In this document: piece after piece, positions 54,616-63,309 of the stretch
Layout of the letters: the number at the start of each line of letters is the position of its first letter
Numbering within the stretch: the first letter of the stretch is position 1
Virus record (IMG/VR): IMGVR_UViG_3300022661_000054
DNA: 64,000 nt
Origin: a virus
Lineage: Duplodnaviria; Heunggongvirae; Uroviricota; Caudoviricetes
Direction: 5' to 3' (one strand)
Made by a program: the position numbers and the translations under genes
The notes under the pieces: generated by a model
What the model was told of the DNA's origin: nothing
Database searches by the model: none
The model's input: only the letters and a program-made list of their open reading frames with translations

Positions 54616-55010
54616 TACTGTTTCTGAATTTGACTCCTATCAATATTATATTGTTTCATAATAGGCAGCAACTGTACATATAGTTCAGTTACTCTATCTT
54701 TTTCTTTTTTAGTAAGTTTACCTAGCTTATTCTGCGCCGCTGTAAAAGTTTCACCATCGATATTTATATATTGATACATTAGCAAAGCATTTGTTACTAC
54801 TGCCATTTCAGCTTCTGTCGGAAAGGTAACAGTTCTACCGGCAAAATATGTAAGCAGTCTAGTCATATTTGCGCCGTCTAATAAATAGCATAATTCACTG
54901 GTAACGGCATATTCAGGTATATCTTGTACTTTAAACAATATGAAAAGCATTAAAGAATAAATGTCTGATAAATGTAGTGAATTAAGATTTTTTTTAATAT
55001 TATTCTTCAT
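54615..55010 (-). CDS. Mor/C-family-like transcription regulator
   Basis: SELCYLLDGANMTRLLTYFAGRTVTFP resembles the Mor EL.G..L...FGG..YIP signature. Confidence 0.5.
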   Translation of the reverse strand: MKNNIKKNLNSLHLSDIYSLMLFILFKVQDIPEYAVTSELCYLLDGANMTRLLTYFAGRTVTFPTEAEMAVVTNALLMYQYINIDGETFTAAQNKLGKLTKKEKDRVTELYVQLLPIMKQYNIDRSQIQKQ

Positions 55011-55815
55011 TATATACTGCCTCCGTTGCGGATGATAAAATATTTTTTAAGTCTGCTTCACTAATATCAGATGTTTTATAGCAGTCCATAATTTCTAGTT
55101 TAATAGCCATAAAAAATTCTTTTAATAAAACTTTTGTGTAATTAGACATGCTCTTCGGTAGGTGCCATAGAATCACGCTCTGTGGGGTAGCATCTAATTT
55201 TTTCTTATTCTTTAAGATTTGAATACTGGTTAAGAGTATTGAAATCTTTAAATTTTGATATTCTGGTGTTGACTCGTTAAAAGGCGACTTTTGTAGAATT
55301 TTATCTAATAGATTACTACTTTTAGATAGAGCTTCGTAAAGATACTCTTTAAACTGCAAAGTCACTCCTGCACTCTCTCGTGCGCTACTCTTTAATTGTT
55401 CTTCATAGGCGAAGGCATCAAATTTCTTAGATACAAACTCTTCTTCAATAACTTCTCTAAAGCTCTCTCGTTGATACTCAATTTTCATTGGGTATAATAA
55501 AGCTTTAGTGTAATTCAGACACGACTTTATCGGTCTGATTAATTTACCTTTAATAGTTTTTCCTTGATTTATTTGGTTTTTGCGTAGTGCAAAAAATAAA
55601 CGATTTGCTGCATAAAAAGAGTACATATCATAGTCTTGAAAGTCTTTAAACATACACTTCTTAATAGCTAAGGCTTTTACTAGTAACCATAAATAATTAT
55701 AAATGGTATTTTCTAATTCAGGGTTTTCGCCTGGATTAACTATTTTTGGTACGTTTTCGTCAATATACATACAAAGCTCCGTATATCGAAGATTTGCAGG
55801 CTTTTTCCAAAGCAT
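55000..55815 (-). CDS. Candidate gp55-like late sigma factor
   Basis: Helical pattern IYNYLWLLVKALA..F..Y.....IKSCLNYTKALLY resembles sigma region 2; adjacent to the gp46/47-like pair. Confidence 0.4.
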   Translation of the reverse strand: MLWKKPANLRYTELCMYIDENVPKIVNPGENPELENTIYNYLWLLVKALAIKKCMFKDFQDYDMYSFYAANRLFFALRKNQINQGKTIKGKLIRPIKSCLNYTKALLYPMKIEYQRESFREVIEEEFVSKKFDAFAYEEQLKSSARESAGVTLQFKEYLYEALSKSSNLLDKILQKSPFNESTPEYQNLKISILLTSIQILKNKKKLDATPQSVILWHLPKSMSNYTKVLLKEFFMAIKLEIMDCYKTSDISEADLKNILSSATEAVYNEE

Positions 55816-55835
55816 TCTATAGTTACCTCATTTCT

Positions 55836-57698
55836 TTAGTATAGTTCGCTGATACCATGCTCATTTTTAATGACTCTGATCTCAGAGTCCACAGGAAGTT
55901 CAAGTTCCTCGGCATGATGTGAAATTATAAAAACAGATTCAACAGTTTGCAATTCTTTTTCAAGAAGCTGCATAACAGCCTGACAACTCTTTTTGTCTAA
56001 GAAGTCAGTAACCTCATCTAAGACTAAAATATTTGCACTTAAACCTAAATATGAGGTTAATAGATCTCTGATAGCTAATTGCAAAATTAAATCAACTCTC
56101 TGTTTTTCACCACCAGATAGCCCGTCAAAAAGCTTACCACAATAAGTGATATCTAAAGCGTTGCCATTTAAGCTTAGTGAAAGTTCTCTAGTACCAAAAA
56201 CAGTATTACAGTAATCTTTTGCTCGATTATCTATATAATTTATAATATTAGTTAATAAATACCCACGAAAATCTCTTCTGATTAGCTGGTCCATTTTCTT
56301 AACAATGGAAATACGCTGATCAAAGTCTTCTTTGGATAAGCTAGTTATGGCAATTAAATTAGTAAGACTGGCTACTTTAGCTTCTAACTGAGTAATGTTC
56401 TCTTGCTGCTTTTTAATATAACTATCCCAGTTTTGTTTATCATAAACAAGCTTATTATAAGTATTTTTTTCTAGTTCGAGATTAGCTAAACAGCTAGCTT
56501 GACTAGCTTTATTTAAACTTATATTTTGTCTAGTCTCTGCTATAGCTTTATTTACAAGAGCTAGTTCATCTTTAAAAGCGTTATCGATTTGTGTTATGTA
56601 CTCTTGATGCTGTGCATTACACTTTACGATATCATCATTGGTAGCGCTAAAAGCAGCTTGAGTGATAGCTAATCTAGCTTCCTGTTCACCTGTATCAGGT
56701 TTACTTACATTTGGAATATGTTGCCCGCAAGTAGGGCATGTATCTACAATAGCCTTAAGTTTTTTGATTTCTTCTGTTAAATTTGAGATTTCAAAACTTA
56801 ACCTGGTTTTTTCTTCAGAAAGTTTTGTATAAGAAGCAGTATAAGCAGAAAGTTCTTCTGTACTAACTTTAGCTTTTTCATCAGTGATTGATAGTAACTT
56901 TGTATTTAGCTCTTCAACCTGATTTTCTAGAGAGATAATTATGCTAGCATACTGATCTAGTTGATGTTGTATTTGAGCAATTTTAGTGGCCTGTTCTTCT
57001 ATTAACAAATCAAAATTAGGCTGTTGTCTGTTTGCAGTTTCTGTTCGCAAATGCTCAAGTGAAGCTAAATGACCATTTAATTGCGTTTTGTTTGTAAGTA
57101 AGCTATCTTCAAATTCTCTTATTTTGCTACTTAGTTCTTGTTGTCTAGCTACTATTCTAGCTTTTAAGTCTTCAATCATAAAATCTGACTTAGTAAGCTT
57201 TTCTAGTAAATCTTTTCTACCACTAGGACTAAATGAGGAGAATTTGTTTGGCATCCCCTGCCCGATAATAATAGTGGAAGCGATAAGATCTTTTGTTAAC
57301 TCAGGAATAAGCTCTTGTAGCTTTTTATCAGATTCACGAATACCTTTACCGCTTAGATCAATATCATTTTTAAATATTTTTAATTCTGATTTTGGAGTTA
57401 CACTACGATGTAAACTAAATAAATCTTTATTATATAAGAAGTCCAACTGCACCCAGCAGTCAGGTTCTTCAGTATTAATATTTTTTAAATTTGTTTTAAT
57501 ACCATTAATAGTTTCACCCGTCAAGGCATAACAGATAGCACCCCACAGAAAGCTTTTACCGGAACCGTTAGATAAGGCATTGTCTTTAATATAATTATTT
57601 TGTCCTGAAACTAGACAAAAACCTTTATTCTGCAATTCTAATTCAGCGTGGCCGTAGCTTCCAAAGTTATGCACTATTACTTTTTTAAATTGAATCAT
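55836..57698 (-). CDS. sbcC: SbcC/Rad50/gp46-like ABC ATPase
   Basis: NGSGKS, Q-loop GQG, CPTC zinc hook, LSGGEKQR, VLDE, ISH. Confidence 0.9.
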   Translation of the reverse strand: MIQFKKVIVHNFGSYGHAELELQNKGFCLVSGQNNYIKDNALSNGSGKSFLWGAICYALTGETINGIKTNLKNINTEEPDCWVQLDFLYNKDLFSLHRSVTPKSELKIFKNDIDLSGKGIRESDKKLQELIPELTKDLIASTIIIGQGMPNKFSSFSPSGRKDLLEKLTKSDFMIEDLKARIVARQQELSSKIREFEDSLLTNKTQLNGHLASLEHLRTETANRQQPNFDLLIEEQATKIAQIQHQLDQYASIIISLENQVEELNTKLLSITDEKAKVSTEELSAYTASYTKLSEEKTRLSFEISNLTEEIKKLKAIVDTCPTCGQHIPNVSKPDTGEQEARLAITQAAFSATNDDIVKCNAQHQEYITQIDNAFKDELALVNKAIAETRQNISLNKASQASCLANLELEKNTYNKLVYDKQNWDSYIKKQQENITQLEAKVASLTNLIAITSLSKEDFDQRISIVKKMDQLIRRDFRGYLLTNIINYIDNRAKDYCNTVFGTRELSLSLNGNALDITYCGKLFDGLSGGEKQRVDLILQLAIRDLLTSYLGLSANILVLDEVTDFLDKKSCQAVMQLLEKELQTVESVFIISHHAEELELPVDSEIRVIKNEHGISELY

Positions 57699-58011
57699 TA
57701 GGCTTCAACCACTCCTTCATATTTAACTTAATAAATTCACAAAAATTATTCCAATGAAATTCTTTTTTGTCTATATCTGTGCTTTTTTGATATGCTTCAA
57801 ATTCTGCTATCGTAGCAGCAAGCGTAGCAACATTTGTTTTTATCGGTTCTTCTAATTCTGCCTCAGAAGTAATTACTAGCGTATCTCTAATATATTTAAG
57901 ATATTCCACAAATAAAATTAAACCTGAATCTATTTTTGTAGGTAATTGTTTAATCAGATTGTTAAAGCTTTTTAAATAAGCTCTATTTAGATGTTTATTT
58001 GCTTTTTCCAT
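57685..58011 (-). CDS. Hypothetical protein
   Basis: GAGG RBS; TGTATAAT at 58047-58054. Confidence 0.65.
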   Translation of the reverse strand: MEKANKHLNRAYLKSFNNLIKQLPTKIDSGLILFVEYLKYIRDTLVITSEAELEEPIKTNVATLAATIAEFEAYQKSTDIDKKEFHWNNFCEFIKLNMKEWLKPNDSI

Positions 58012-58090
58012 ATGTTCTATAGAACCTCTTCCTAATTCCTAATAATATTATACAATAATTTTAAATAAGTAAGTATTTTGTAAAATGAGC

Positions 58091-59122
58091 TTATTTACAA
58101 ACTTCACCTAGCTCTTCGTCCAGCAAGGAAGAGTTTTCAATATTTGTTTTGCAGCATTCTATAAAACGAGCTAAATGATCAACTGATAGGTCTAATTCAA
58201 CAGTATTATCAGAATATGTTTCAAATTTTTTTACTAAGATAATTCTTGACTCAATAATAGTATCTTTTAATTCTGTTAAACGTTGCTTAACTTTTTCTAC
58301 TAAAACACTATCACATTTTATAGAAACTATTGCATTATTTTTTAAAGTACTCAGAAGCTTAATATCTTGTTCTGTATCAATTTGGATTTTATAAAAATTA
58401 TATGCATAAGGATTTTCAATGAATGTGAGCTGCAAAGTTTCAGTATCTAAAACAGCAATATTATGGCTATGCTTGAAAGCATCCTCACCAAAATCTTTAC
58501 CAGTTAAATTACCTAAATTGATTATTTTTTTAGAAACTGCCTGCCCATTATGAAGATGCCCGTTAACAAAAAGTGAGCAGTTAGCCTCAATCTCATCAAT
58601 AGAAAAACCAGTTCTTGACATAACAGGCCCAAGCTGAACACCACTAATATCATTATGTGAAAGTATGACAACCGGTCTATCTTCTTTTAGCTTGTAGAAA
58701 TATTCTTTTAGAGGTCGTCTGTCACACTCTACTACGTAAGGTAAAAAACAGATAAAACAGTCATCAAGAGGTAAAACAGAAGGTTCTGTCACGATTTTGT
58801 GTCTATCTCCTAAAAAACTATTTACAGAGTTAAACAACAAACTGCTTGTAGATGCGTCATGATTGCCTACGAGGCTATAATGCATTATATCTGACCAGTT
58901 AATTTCATTACAAGCAGTTATAGTTTCGCTTGCTAGGTCTGGTTTATCAAAAAAATCTCCTAAACTTATAATATAGTCACAGTTTAGCTCTTCCGCTTTT
59001 CGCTCCAGCCAATTTACAGAAGCAATACAATTTTCAAGTCTGCTCGGGTATTTTGTGCCCCATTTATTTATGATGCTCGCTCTAGGACACATGTGCAAAT
59101 CAGTAAAAAGTAAAATTTTCAT
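58091..59122 (-). CDS. sbcD: SbcD/Mre11/gp47-like metallophosphoesterase nuclease
   Basis: TDLH, LGDFFD, GNHD, SH, GHLH all intact. Confidence 0.9.
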   Translation of the reverse strand: MKILLFTDLHMCPRASIINKWGTKYPSRLENCIASVNWLERKAEELNCDYIISLGDFFDKPDLASETITACNEINWSDIMHYSLVGNHDASTSSLLFNSVNSFLGDRHKIVTEPSVLPLDDCFICFLPYVVECDRRPLKEYFYKLKEDRPVVILSHNDISGVQLGPVMSRTGFSIDEIEANCSLFVNGHLHNGQAVSKKIINLGNLTGKDFGEDAFKHSHNIAVLDTETLQLTFIENPYAYNFYKIQIDTEQDIKLLSTLKNNAIVSIKCDSVLVEKVKQRLTELKDTIIESRIILVKKFETYSDNTVELDLSVDHLARFIECCKTNIENSSLLDEELGEVCK

Positions 59123-59162
59123 TTAATCTTTCCTTTGTTATTTTTATCTACAACTACCTTAT

Positions 59163-59170
59163 ATTATACA
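59163..59170 (-). promoter_or_regulatory. TGTATAAT element upstream of sbcD
   Basis: Recurrent element. Confidence 0.55.
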
Positions 59171-59183
59171 GTATATAAAAAGT

Positions 59184-59209
59184 AAAAGCGGTCATAAAAA
59201 GACCGCTTT
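59184..59209 (-). terminator. Terminator
   Basis: aaagcggtc / gaccgcttt with T tract. Confidence 0.8.
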
Positions 59210-59215
59210 ATATAA

Positions 59216-59788
59216 TTAATTAATATAGTTAGCTGCCATTTCAGCCATTCTTGTTAGAGTAACTAAAGGATAAGCTCTACAAATATCATGAATATCCGGT
59301 GCAAAGTCGGTTGGGCGTGAGTGTATAATAGCTTCAATTTGCTCATCTGTTAGTGGTACCAGGTTTTTAATCTGCATATACGAACTAAAGCCTAAATCAC
59401 CATAAACAGGACGATTGGTACCTTCACGAGTTTTATATGCAGGAACCGCCTCCCATTGTCCGGTTTCTTCATTCTTTACGTTTTTCATATAAGCTTCATA
59501 CATAGTTGCTTTGTAGATATCTTTAAAAAACGCTACTTTAATAACATCTTCTTCAGAGTATCTGCCTGGGAAATAAGCATTACACAATACACCAAGTTCA
59601 TGAGCAGTTCTTAAAGCACGCTCACATAAACCGCCAGGATAAGCTCCGGTATACTGAGCCGAAGCAGGAGCATTAAAGTAATTGACTTGGTCAAGTAGCT
59701 TATTAATCTCTGTTAGATCAATATTTAGTTTAGAGAGCAACTCCACAAATCTAATTTCATTATTATTTTTTTGTTCTAGTGTTAACAT
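59216..59788 (-). CDS. HD-domain homologue with metal ligands replaced (probably inactive)
   Basis: YFNAPASAQYTGAYPGGLCERAL vs family APAS..HH.AY.GGL.EH; AFFKDIYK vs LLHDxxK. Confidence 0.7.
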   Translation of the reverse strand: MLTLEQKNNNEIRFVELLSKLNIDLTEINKLLDQVNYFNAPASAQYTGAYPGGLCERALRTAHELGVLCNAYFPGRYSEEDVIKVAFFKDIYKATMYEAYMKNVKNEETGQWEAVPAYKTREGTNRPVYGDLGFSSYMQIKNLVPLTDEQIEAIIHSRPTDFAPDIHDICRAYPLVTLTRMAEMAANYIN

Positions 59789-59800
59789 AAAACCCTCCGA

Positions 59801-60604
59801 TTAAAAATCTTTTAATACTTCTTCTATGATAAACTGACTCATTCTTTTTGTACTTTTACAAGCACAATTTCCAACGGCAAAACAGTTAGGTACAAGTAAT
59901 GACTGTCCTACGTTTGTAGTTTTAAGGTAGCCAGCCTCTTTTGATATGAACTTATCAGATACAAAGTCAGTTTCAGGTGTAGCAGCAGTTTTTATAAATA
60001 TGGCAGAACATGTTACGGTAGAATAATTGCTAAGCTCAACGTTACTAAGAAGGTCGTCCTGCAAAATGGCTTTTACAATCGTCGTATTCGGTAAAGCAAC
60101 AATGTTTTTTGTTTCAGTGAGTTTTTTAACGTTTGCAGGTGTAATATTTTCAATAGTAAGATTTTCAGTACATAAATAAACGTGCTTATATTTTTTTGCT
60201 ACAGCCAATGCAAATTTTACATCGCTATTGCTTTGCCCTACAACAATAGCAGGCTGATTTTTTGCCGCTTTAGGGATATCTAAGGTATTATTAAATACAC
60301 AAGGTACCTGTTTATTGTTAAGTACTAAAGGCTCATATTTGAGTCCTGACGCTATAATTAAGTGAGTGCAATATACACGGTCTCCATTTTTAAGATAACA
60401 ACCGAACAGTCTATTTTTATAGTCTGTAAAAATGACTTCTTCTTTAATATATTCCACATTTAAGAAGTCATGAGTAGTAGTACTTCTAAACTCACGACTA
60501 ATAAAAGCTATTTTAATAGTTGGCTTACCGTATGCAATCTTTTTTATAATATTATTGCCTTCAAGGCTATCGCCAATAATAACTATATCTACTTGGTAGT
60601 TCAT
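59801..60604 (-). CDS. Thioredoxin-reductase-like protein with degenerate FAD/NADPH motifs and no CxxC
   Basis: DIVIIGDSLEG, LIIASG, IVVGQSNSD, GYLKT, VPNCFAVGN colinear with TrxB. Confidence 0.7.
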   Translation of the reverse strand: MNYQVDIVIIGDSLEGNNIIKKIAYGKPTIKIAFISREFRSTTTHDFLNVEYIKEEVIFTDYKNRLFGCYLKNGDRVYCTHLIIASGLKYEPLVLNNKQVPCVFNNTLDIPKAAKNQPAIVVGQSNSDVKFALAVAKKYKHVYLCTENLTIENITPANVKKLTETKNIVALPNTTIVKAILQDDLLSNVELSNYSTVTCSAIFIKTAATPETDFVSDKFISKEAGYLKTTNVGQSLLVPNCFAVGNCACKSTKRMSQFIIEEVLKDF

Positions 60605-61569
60605 TTAGTCTCTCCTACAGAATTACTTAATTTTTGTTGTTTTAATTGACTAATACAGAGTTGTCTATCTACTGGTACAGATTCTAGATTTTGCCAAGTA
60701 ATAAGAGTATCTCGTACATTATCACCTGACTGTTGCCAAGTGCTAAAATATGGACAAACAGCATCCGGTCTTGTCTCTAAAATATCTGGATTTGTTAGAG
60801 GATTATATTCACACCAATGACATAGAGCTGTTACAGTAGGCTTAAAGTCTTCTTTCTGAATACCGCTAAAAAGCTTGTCTAAAACATCACGGCCTTCCCC
60901 AACAATATCGTCAGATAAAGCTCGCTGTCGAATATTACACAAAGGCAGATCATATTCACATTTAATTTTATTTAATGGGATATTCCACAGCTTTTCTGCT
61001 GCCATCATATAAACGGCAAACTGTAAAGGCGCTTTTAATTCGCTATTTTGTGCTTCTACAGCCCAAGTTTTAATATCTTGTATTAGTATTTCATTTGTTT
61101 CAGTATCTAAGAACGCACGGTCGATAGACCCATTAAAAGAGTGCACATTATCATAATTATATTCAAATTTTTGCTCAATACCTATAATTTTTAAATTAGG
61201 GTTTTCTTGCATAAATTTCTCAAGTCTATAAATAGCTGAGTCGAGATACAAATACATTTTTTCTTGATAAGTGCGTCCTGATTTATCCTTAGAGTAAAAT
61301 TCAGTTGGATATTTCAATGCAATCTTTCTGCATTCAATAATAAATTTATTTTTTAATTCTATATAATTAATACTCTGTCCGACTTGAAGTATTTTTGCAA
61401 TTTCTTCTTCTATGGAATGTACGAGTGACCCGAAGTCAGTCGCAATATTTGCATTAAAGATAAAATTTTTATCTAAATACTTTATCTTAAACTTGAATCG
61501 GCATTGCTTATAACAAGAGATTTTAGAGTAAGAGTATCTATCAAGAGTTTTAAGATTAATTTCCTGCAT
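60601..61569 (-). CDS. PD-(D/E)XK nuclease, Cas4/AddB-like with Fe-S cysteines
   Basis: SYSKI..Y.QC, GSLVH, GSIDR, DIKT, LQFAVY, CHWC..CP. Confidence 0.85.
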   Translation of the reverse strand: MQEINLKTLDRYSYSKISCYKQCRFKFKIKYLDKNFIFNANIATDFGSLVHSIEEEIAKILQVGQSINYIELKNKFIIECRKIALKYPTEFYSKDKSGRTYQEKMYLYLDSAIYRLEKFMQENPNLKIIGIEQKFEYNYDNVHSFNGSIDRAFLDTETNEILIQDIKTWAVEAQNSELKAPLQFAVYMMAAEKLWNIPLNKIKCEYDLPLCNIRQRALSDDIVGEGRDVLDKLFSGIQKEDFKPTVTALCHWCEYNPLTNPDILETRPDAVCPYFSTWQQSGDNVRDTLITWQNLESVPVDRQLCISQLKQQKLSNSVGETK

Positions 61570-61578
61570 TAGCCCTCC

Positions 61579-62514
61579 TTATAAAGTAATTTTATAAGCT
61601 AGATTATTAGCTAAGTAATTAAACATTTCACGCTTATCTAATTCAAGCTTAGACGTTTTTAATTTCAAATCAAAATTTGTTAAAAATTTTATTTTTTGTT
61701 TTATAGCCTCTATATTAAGACTACGATAATTATTCATTAGATGTTTATAATAACCAGCCGAAATTCCGCAGTTTTCAGCATTTAGCAGTGGATTTTGTGT
61801 AACAATAATAATGTTTTTTAATTTTGATAAAGCTCTATTAGCTAATACAACAGGCTCTAAGTCATTATAACCACTATATTTCAAGAATTCACGTAATACT
61901 AAAATATTACCATCAACTAAAGCATCCGCAACAGTAAATAAATCAGCCTTATAAAGATCTAGCTGTGGATCAAACCTGATAGAACTAAAAATAACTTTCT
62001 GCTCTTCTTTGCTGAATAAAGATACTTTATCAAGCTCGTTTAAAATACGTTCAATATTATTGTTTGTTGCCTTAATTAGCCACAAAAGGTCTTCTTCAGC
62101 TACACTTGGACAAAGCATTTTTGCATAGTCTAAAATTTGCCATTCTTCGAGCTCTGGAAACTTTATGATAAAACTTTCAACACTGTTAGCAATACTTTTA
62201 TCAACTTGGTCACATACTACAATAGTATTTTCAAACTGATTATAATTCTCAGCTCTTTCATCAAAAGTTTCTACTGTTAAAATATTAAGAGTTCCTTCTT
62301 GTGCTGTGAGTAATGCAAGGGACGATTGCTGAGGTTCATAAATACTACTTATTTTAGTAATACCGCCTTCAGCTAATTTACATAGTGCTTGCACGTACTG
62401 ACTTGCTAAAAAATTATTATCTTTACGAATAAAAATCATAAAGTCAGACGGTACGACATTATTAGTAACGCAGTCTTTAAGTTCTTTTAGAGTCATTACT
62501 GTACCGCCTCCCAT
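61579..62514 (-). CDS. holA: DNA polymerase III delta subunit-like (likely start ATG 62496)
   Basis: LLWLIKATNNNIERILNELDKV and DLFTVADALVDGN match delta; follows delta-prime. Confidence 0.7.
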   Translation of the reverse strand: MGGGTVMTLKELKDCVTNNVVPSDFMIFIRKDNNFLASQYVQALCKLAEGGITKISSIYEPQQSSLALLTAQEGTLNILTVETFDERAENYNQFENTIVVCDQVDKSIANSVESFIIKFPELEEWQILDYAKMLCPSVAEEDLLWLIKATNNNIERILNELDKVSLFSKEEQKVIFSSIRFDPQLDLYKADLFTVADALVDGNILVLREFLKYSGYNDLEPVVLANRALSKLKNIIIVTQNPLLNAENCGISAGYYKHLMNNYRSLNIEAIKQKIKFLTNFDLKLKTSKLELDKREMFNYLANNLAYKITL

Positions 62515-63290
62515 AAAGTAGTAAGATAGTTTAACATTAAGGCTTCTTTTAGTAAATTTTGCTGTGTAGCATACTGTTTAAACTTATTTGTTACATTAAA
62601 AATAATTAAGCTTTTAACATTATTATTGTTTTTAAAGTCCTCAAAAGCCAGATATTCAACCACATCAAAAAATAGATTAAAATCTATCTTATTATACAAG
62701 TCCTTGTAGTTTATTTTAGTAGAAATAACCAGAGTATTTGCGTAAGACGCACTAGATATATTATTAACAACATTTTTACCTAATGCAATAACTTCAGCAA
62801 AACTGCTTTCTGTCAAGTTTAGTAGTTTGCCAGGTGTTTTAAATATTTTAAATGCAAGGTCGTTAATATTTGCATTAGTAATCTGCTCAAGTTGTTCTTT
62901 TGTATAAGGTTCAAAACTATATTTTATGCATCTATTTAGTACAGTTGGAAGTACATTAACTTCAGAATTTGCAATTAAAATAATATAAACAGATTTAGAA
63001 GGTTCTTCTAGAGTTTTCAGAATAATGTTTTGCTGCTTCTCTGAAAATTTATTTAAATTGATAAGATAAAGAGTATCAATCGTCTTAAATAAAAACTCAT
63101 CTAAATCCGTGGATGCAGCTGTATCTTCAAGCTCCACAAAATCTAATTCAAATTTTTCAGCTACATGCTTTGCAACAGTATGCTTTCCACAACCTTGCGG
63201 ACCTACAAACATCAAAGTTTTAGGTAAAGTTTGTTTTGTATAAGAATCAATAATTGAGGTTAGTTTAGCTTGGCCAATAATACTAGTCAT
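62496..63290 (-). CDS. holB: DNA polymerase III delta-prime subunit-like
   Basis: IIGQ, GPQGCGK, NIILKTLEEP, LPTVLNRC. Confidence 0.8.
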   Translation of the reverse strand: MTSIIGQAKLTSIIDSYTKQTLPKTLMFVGPQGCGKHTVAKHVAEKFELDFVELEDTAASTDLDEFLFKTIDTLYLINLNKFSEKQQNIILKTLEEPSKSVYIILIANSEVNVLPTVLNRCIKYSFEPYTKEQLEQITNANINDLAFKIFKTPGKLLNLTESSFAEVIALGKNVVNNISSASYANTLVISTKINYKDLYNKIDFNLFFDVVEYLAFEDFKNNNNVKSLIIFNVTNKFKQYATQQNLLKEALMLNYLTTLWEAVQ

Positions 63291-63309
63291 AGATTAACAC
63301 CTCCTATTA

